A DNA stretch of 64,000 nucleotides from Eledone cirrhosa (Eukaryota): positions 348,378,001 through 348,442,000 of the forward strand of contig OZ024740.1 of assembly GCA_964016885.1 (NCBI GenBank). The letters are read 5' to 3'. A program made the position numbers and the translations under genes. How positions within the stretch are numbered: position 1 is the stretch's first letter; each line of letters opens with the position of its first letter. Below, piece by piece: positions 56,801 to 64,000 of this stretch. Below the pieces are notes generated by a model, which was not told where the DNA came from, searched no databases, and was given only the letters and a program-made list of their open reading frames with translations.

Positions 56801-57559
56801 TGCCAGCACTTGCATCCTGGGATAGTATCAGCGAAAGAACAGAGAAAGTGTTGTTTTCTTTGTTCGATCTAACGATCTGTCCCTTTGCTCTCCTTGTAAT
56901 TGAAATATTCCATATACGTTTATAATATGATAATGACAAAAAGAAGGAAAAATGAAAAGATAGAGCAATGGGAATCGATTTATCTCTTGGCTGAACGTTA
57001 TATCTCAACTCCGCCTCATGGACAAGATGTTGGAAATATTACTGCGGGGAACATTGACCATTACCTGCTGCAACATCCATTTTACTTCGTAGAACCTTTT
57101 TCTCAAACATGACCGGCACGAAAAGGAATTAGTCAGTGAAAGCCTGATATTTAATTGGGTCTAAACAACAAAGATGACGCAAGCCGTATTCAGAATTAAT
57201 CCCATATTTTGATAAATACATTAACCAATGAAACTTCCTGTGAAATTTATTATATAAATATATTTGGCTCTCATAATTACGTTATACATTTCGGAACTTT
57301 AAGAGGAAACATAACGGAATATTTAAATTACTAAATAATTCGCAGTATTAAATAATTTATTTCATTTTATATATCGATTTCTGTATTTGTGTATTTCGCA
57401 GCCGTTTTACATTTTAATGAGATCTTATCTAGGGTTTTTATAAGTCTACAATTTTTTTGAATTTTCATTACTATACGATAGATCGCAATAACAAAAAATG
57501 CTGACAAATTTAATTCAATTTTTAAAAATATGAATTAAGGGCGTTATTTTGCCTTTCAT

Positions 57560-57748
57560 AGGGCGGTGTATTGGCAGTATCGGTAGAGGGTCGGACACCA
57601 TGCTTTGACGCATAGAATTGCGGCCCTTAGCATTCTGAGTTCAAATCCTACCGAGATTAACTTTGCCTTTCATCCTTACGGGGTCGATAAAATAAAGTAC
57701 CAGTAATGCACTGGGTTATTGCAGGCCTTGTTCCAAACGTAGAAACAA
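57560..57748 (+). mobile_element. Full-length tRNA-derived SINE with 16-bp TSD
   Basis: A box tggcagtatcgg (57572), B box gagttcaaatcc (57637), core gcctttcatccttacggggtcgataaaataaagtaccag; TSD ttattttgcctttcat 57544-57559 / 57749-57764. Confidence 0.85.
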
Positions 57749-57875
57749 TTATTTTGCCTTTCATCCTTATGGGGTCGACAAAATAAAGTACCAGTAATGC
57801 ACTGGGATAATTGCTGTCCTTGTGCAAAAGGTAGAAACAATTATTAAATATATCATAAAACATGACTCTTTTATC

Positions 57876-57974
<99 letters not shown>

Positions 57975-57984
57975 CATACACACT

Positions 57985-58053
<69 letters not shown>

Positions 58054-58110
58054 GTATTAAGTATACGATCAGAGAGAGAGATTAACAAAATTGTGGACAA
58101 TTTATTGAAT

Positions 58111-58393
58111 TCACAGTTGCAACATATTTATAAACCTTATTGGCATAATACACTCGTTTCATTATCGATCAGCTCAGGGTACAATCATAATGCCTGGGGC
58201 CCGAATCGTCTTCGACATCTAATCAGATATGCGAGTTTATATAGACAAAGACACATCAACACGTATATTTGATGAGATGTCGAGGAAGAGTCGGTTCCCG
58301 GTCATTGGGATTGTAACCTGAATTTATCGATATTGAAACAATTGTAATGGCCAATATGTGCCAATAAATGTTATGTGTATGCTGCAACAGTGA
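58111..58393. repeat. Old degenerate fold-back or MITE-like element
   Basis: tcacagttgcaacata..ttattggcata..tcttcgacatct vs agatgtcgagga..tgtgccaataa..tatgctgcaacagtga. Confidence 0.6.
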
Positions 58394-58589
58394 CTTAGAT
58401 TCTATTTACTTTTATTTACATAGGAATTGACCCCACCACGAGAAGTAGCTCGTAACAACATCGAGTGCTTCGAATGCTGCACCCTTTTAACTGTTACTCT
58501 GGAGCTTCGCCTGATGACTTTGTGATAAATAGACAAAACTCCAGAGTAACAAGTCACACGTTTTAGCCTTAATAATAATGAATATATAT

Positions 58590-59069
58590 ATATATTGGTA
58601 AAAGGAAAAGAAAATGCTGACAAATTGTTCCCAGTGAAAAATAGTTTAATTAGGAATAAGTAAAAATTAGTAATAGTATTGGTGACTTCTCAATCAGCCG
58701 AGACAACCTACATTTGGCGCAAAATCAATTTTTAACATTCACATGACCTCTACCGACCAATCAAAATTGTTTTGACCACAAGAATTTTTTCATACATCTG
58801 GAGCCACCTTTTTTACATAAAACAGGTAGAATTTCCAAAACTAATCAGATTAGAGCAAACATCACGAGCGCTCTATCTCAAAATTATTTTTGAAAAGCAT
58901 TAGAAATGCGCAACTGGTAAAACTTAAAACGAAAACTGAATACTAACCAATACTATTACTAATTTTTACTTATTCCTAATTAAACTATTTTTCACTGGCA
59001 ACAATTTGTCAGCATTTTCTTTTCCTTTTACCAATATATCATAACTCGTGTGTTACATCTCTGTTCTTT

Positions 59070-59072
<3 letters not shown>
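58590..59072. repeat. Fold-back with 94-bp arms, ~260-bp spacer and short tail, in (TA)n
   Basis: Arms 58590-58683 / 58946-59039, 1 mismatch. Confidence 0.88.
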
Positions 59073-59129
<57 letters not shown>

Positions 59130-59130
<1 letters not shown>

Positions 59131-59288
59131 GAACATTTTTAACCCCGACGGCAGAGCTCAAGCCGTTTCTGGACTCCAGAAATAGCCGTCGAAACGGCTT
59201 CAGCTCTGCCGTCGGAGTTAAACATTTTCCTATTACCCACTCTGGTGCGTTATGGTCCATCTGGTTCCTTACCACACCTCCTTCGTTA
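59130..59288. repeat. Short fold-back plus tail in (TA)n; related copy at 8891-8957, related tail at ~36015-36070
   Basis: Arms 59130-59169 / 59191-59230; ccagaaatagccgtcgaaacggctt shared with 8903-8927; cactctggtgcgttat shared with ~36019. Confidence 0.8.
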
Positions 59289-62148
59289 TATATATATGTC
59301 TATATATATATAGGTGGGTGTGCATCAGTTGAGTATCTTATTTATTCTCTGTGTTGTTGTTTCTGTTTCCAGCAGAGTTTCAACTGAACATGTCCCAGTG
59401 TAGTGAGAACGGGAGATGATCTCAATAACAATGGTAACGAAGGTTCTCATTCGAAGGAAGAAATTAAAATAGGATTCAATTGTATTGTTGATAGTAATGA
59501 ATTATTAAAGATATAAGAAATATATGGATTTCACATTGGTTTCAATCAATGGAATTGCATATATTTCTTGTCCTATAAAGTGTGTGGTTTGTTATTCTAC
59601 AAGCATTCGCATATTTAATGTAATCTTCAGACAAATGAATTGTGTTTTATAATAGAGGTGCATACGTATCACTAGCAAACTCCACCTCATACCTACCGTC
59701 TGTACAATTTCACACAAAAGACGGGTCGAATGAAGACTACAGTAGAAAATATTCGACCAACCGCCAATATTAGCATTAAATGCAGCAGCAAAATTAATCG
59801 TTAAAAGATTAGTGTTTTGTGCTTCTGATAACGAAGGCTAACGTAACAGTGATACCCACAACAAAAAGAAATACCTTTTGTCAATACGCCTGAATCTGAA
59901 CAAAAACTGCCACAATTACAATGACAGGAAGCAGTTATTTGAACGTAAAATAAAAGAATTCGATCAATACATAAATTATATTCGGTGGTATTTTCTCTTG
60001 GGTGTGTATGAGAAATCAATTTATTATTTTGTTGTTTAGTAATTCATCAACGTTTATAATATTATCGTTATTTTGGTAATTTTCTCCAATATACACGAGA
60101 TTCCCCTTTCGTTTTCCTCCTTTGAAGGAGAACCTTGGCTACTACGGTTATAGAAATCATTTTCCGTTGTCAATACACTGGGAAATGTTTAGTTGAAATT
60201 CTGTGTTTTCTCTCTTTTCAGATATAATTAAGTTATTTGACTACATGAGTAAAGGTTTCTCTTAGTGCCAAGACAATTGGGTGTGCTTTGATAGGGATGT
60301 GGCTGCTATTACTGAACGCTTATGTGACTCGGTAAGGAGTACCTTTTTGATCGGAGGAGAAAAGAATATGTGTTTCTGATTCAGGCTCAAAGCTTGCAAT
60401 TTTTTGTTTCGGGGAAGGGTAAGGAATATTGATAAATTCGAACCCAGTACTTTTCTACTACATTTTATCGATTTTATAAACCCTGAATTGATGAAAGATA
60501 AAGTTGACCTCATTGGGATCGCTGGGATTTGAAATCAAAATTTAGAGAGCCAGAACAAATTCCGCAAGACAATTTGTCGAATGCTTTAACGATTTTCTCA
60601 ATACAACACCCGCAAGGAGCAATTTAATAATACGATTGTGTGTGAAAATTGATATTACTTCCAGCTAATAAACATGTAAAAGGCACCATAAAAATATTTA
60701 TTTTAATATATAATTTGTAGATGCGTGTACACCCTCACACAGAAACATACATACGCCCACACACAAATACACAATAACACTCCTCACTCACACACACATT
60801 AACAAAAATATTGGCAGATATGGTTGCGACTTCTATGAGTCCTGTTTAGTAGGATGAAAAGGCTATTGATTACGATTGCTGGCAAATAAGTGGTTGAAAT
60901 AAGTTTAAAGCAGTGCATTAGCTAGCCAATAGAGTCGCAAAGCGAATTCCGGTTTTCTTCATGTACGATTTCTTTAACAGAATGAATGAAAGGGAATATG
61001 TTTCAAAATTACCATACCCGTTTCTTTTAGAGGAATATTCTGTTGTTTATTAAGTGACAACTATATATAGATTTAATTGGCTGGTTCAGTATTTCCATAG
61101 TTATGTTTTTGGTTGGTTTAATCGCAGCGTTCATTTCTTCATTGATTTATATATCTTAAGAAGAGAATATATTCCGAAATCAAAATGAAGAAAATCATAC
61201 AAGAAACACTGAAGATATTAATGGACGTATAAGACTGAAATTGATTTGAAAAAAAAAATGAAATACATGCATTAAATCAATTTGTATAGGAATGGTCAGC
61301 TTTGATAAAGTTATAAAGATCAACTAAATGAATCACATTGAAGTGATCCTGCTTGCCTATGGCTATATGAATATCACTGAAAAGTATTCATGTTATATGA
61401 ATCTAGTTTAACGGTTTGTATTGAAGATGAACTAAACTACATAAAAGAGTGAATTTACTTAAGAATTGAATTCCTGTCGGTGCTATTGTCTAATAGCTAC
61501 TATGATATGCCAAAGAGATAGCCGCTAGAAATAGTTGTCATATATCGCCAGATCAAACCTTATCACATTAAAAAAGATAGTGACAATGAATAGTGTGCTT
61601 TTAGATGCATTAGCCTGAAAATATAGGATCGGATGGATTAGGCTGGCCATTGCCCGAGTGCCTTTGATTGTCTTTTCTAAATAAGTGGTGACCTAAGAGA
61701 TTGGATAGCAGTAACAAGCACACACGTATCGTCAACAAAATCGGGTGATTTGATCTGCTAGAAATAGCAGCAAATTTCACACTGCTGTCTTAAAAAAAAG
61801 AAAGTGTATATCAAGAAATGTAATCTCTCTAACACCGACGTACAGGAGTAGCAAGCCTTGAATGTCGAAGTGGTAGGTCTAGCAAATCAACGCTTAACTG
61901 GAGCTGAATAACAACTGCCGTAACGAAAAACATATGTAAAATTTCATATAACCGTTTGAAAGATGCAACACATCTATGCGATAGTATATATTTGCGATTT
62001 ATGTGCCTCTTTGTTATTGTGTATCTTTAGACCAGTTTTAATCAACGAGATTGTAGTTGGTCAGTAGCATTCCAACTATGACTATATTGCCTGCTATGTA
62101 TTCAAGCCAAGTGATCTAATACAACCTCCTCTTTGGCTAGGTATATTT

Positions 62149-62847
62149 CTTCTTCTTCTTCTTCTTCTTCTTCTTCTTCTTCTTCTTCTTCTTCTTCTTC
62201 TTCTTCTTCTTCTTCTTCTTCTTCTTCTTCTTCTTCATCTTCTTCTTCTTCTTCTTGAGAGAACCATGGCGGCAGAGTCCGCAAGCATGCCTCCCAAAAG
62301 TAACCATCTCCAATTTATCAGACTGGAGCTCCAAGCGAATCTAGGGGAGCTTATGGATGTGATCCAAGCTAGGGTTCGACTCCTCGGTCTCCTGCTGGTT
62401 AGTTTTAAACGTAGGATTTGTCATGCGATTTTTTCCTGAGACATTCCAACCACAATCTCATTGTACCGGAACTGTGATTTCTTAATTCGGAGAAGTAGCT
62501 GCTCTGACTGGAGTGACTCTCTGATCTCCAAGCTATGCACTCTATCTTACTCCACTCTATCTTACTTCGAGGAACCCCATTTCGACTGCTTTAATTTGCG
62601 ATCGTATTCTTTCGATCATTTTCCAAAATTCGCGACTGTATTAAGCCTTCGCAATGGAGTACCACAGATGCAGTGGGAGAAGTTCAAATATCACTGGGTC
62701 GGATTCATGAGTGATGGAAGGCTGGAGGCGGAATTAAGTGAAAGAATTCCATGGGCTGATTTAGTAATGCGAGATTTTTACCATTCGATCATCAGAGTAA
62801 GAGATGTTGGTGTAAAATCCAAACTCGCTATCTTCATTTTGATATCC
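62149..62847 (-). mobile_element. RTE/Rex3-like LINE insertion with long (GAA)n tail, 5' inversion and 9-bp TSD
   Basis: Minus strand ~62257-62643 YSREFWKMIERIRSQIKAVEMGFL; plus strand ~62647-62847 EKFKYHWVGFMSDGRLEAEL..KSKLAIF; TSD ggtatattt at 62140-62148 / 62848-62856. Confidence 0.85.
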
Positions 62848-63449
62848 GGTATATTTACATAATTATATTTTTCTCACCGACACGAATGTAATTTTATTTA
62901 TATTTTCTGAAACAACTGCATTAAGACCGTTAGCTCCGATTTATTGTCTATTTAGTTATCATGTTGCCGGTTTTCTTGGACACCCCGCTCAGGCATTTGT
63001 ATTAAACCAACTGACTATAACAATCTTTACAAGAAACTGTTCTGGTAATTGACATCATAAAAAAACAACAAAATACTTGACTCGAACTGATATTTATGGA
63101 ATTATCATCAACTTCTTTGCATCGCTTGAATTGTACAAACACTCCGTAATCACGAAAACAAATCGCACATCACAATACACTATATCTTCCACATCACAAT
63201 ACACTATATCTTCTACATCATGGACACTATGGCATTAACTGATTTCAAGTCCACATGTTTTATATTAATTATGCTTGGCAACAAATATTCTTACTCGCTC
63301 CCCACAAATCTGTGAGAGCTAAGCCTATAGCATACATTATATTTATTTCTTAAGAAATCAAAGCGCATAACATCAAATAGTGAAACACAGCCGGCTTGCA
63401 GTAGTACAGGTTACACACACTTTCTACAACGCTTGTAAAAACCATATTT

Positions 63450-63800
63450 ACTATCGGACTTTTACACAATATTTCTTTTCATATAAAACTGTCTAGTTGT
63501 AAAGTAAAGTTACATTTATATCAAAGTTTGCAAACCTCAACCAGCTGATTTGCAGATGATTTTGCTGATCTCTTGCTAAAAAGCTCTTTACCAGTTTTGC
63601 TGAATGCTCCAACGACTATTTCTCAACCAAATTGGATCCTGAAGCAGTATTCCCGTGGTGACACCATCTACATCTTTTCTAAAACCGCGAATCCCTGCAA
63701 CTAACTCAGCAACCATCAATACTATTTATGTAAAGCCAGGTTTATTTGAGACCTTATCTATTGTGTAATTCATCAGATTTGGAGCCGTATAATGAGGCAT
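63450..63800 (-). mobile_element. Possible Tc1/Tc3-like DDE remnant
   Basis: Minus-strand SDE..IDG..IVVGAFSKTGKELLA, spread across frames. Confidence 0.25.
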
Positions 63801-64000
63801 AACTAATGGCTAAAAATCTCGCCCCTAAATCAAAAGGTGCCTTTTTTATCTCCCCTCAAGAAAATGTACACAGACATAGCCTCGATATGACTGAAATCTT
63901 ATGAATAGAGGTGAGTATACAGAAAACATTGGCAAACTTGTCTGAGGGGTGTTCCACTAATTCCCTTGTTAAACCTCCTTACGTAGACTATCCTGCATGA

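Noticed and set aside
58618-58655. Hammerhead-like strings CTGACAA..GAAA (also CTGAAAA..GAAAC near 41864)
   Set aside because: The essential G8 is missing, stems are poor, and the orientation is opposite to the credible motifs

Overview
AT-rich, microsatellite-dense metazoan DNA. The SINE and repeat content resembles an octopod cephalopod (inference). It holds one host gene, a three-coding-exon two-pore-domain (K2P/TWIK/KCNK-type) K+ channel on + (18607-19627, 51171-51406, 54149-54586; 564 aa), with a 31.5-kb intron splitting the first pore Gly codon. The rest is retroelement-rich: (i) a GC-rich decayed CRE-like RLE non-LTR retrotransposon with an N-terminal PHD finger (~9.9-13.15 kb), nested in a Penelope-like element (PLE); (ii) three Naiad-type PLEs, one near full length with RT+GIY-YIG and two endonuclease-only; (iii) RTE/Rex3-like and CR1/L2-like LINE fragments, one with a twin-priming-type 5' inversion; (iv) many copies of a tRNA-derived SINE. 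The most striking pattern is a recurring architecture, (TA)n - inverted arm - spacer - arm - unique tail - (TA)n, at about 10 loci from several unrelated sequence families. It runs from full PLEs down to ~150-250 bp non-coding fold-backs, and several carry minimal hammerhead ribozyme cores (CUGAGGA, CCGAUGA, CAGAAGA variants), some in sense orientation inside the channel intron. All calls are by eye; no database search or folding program was run.
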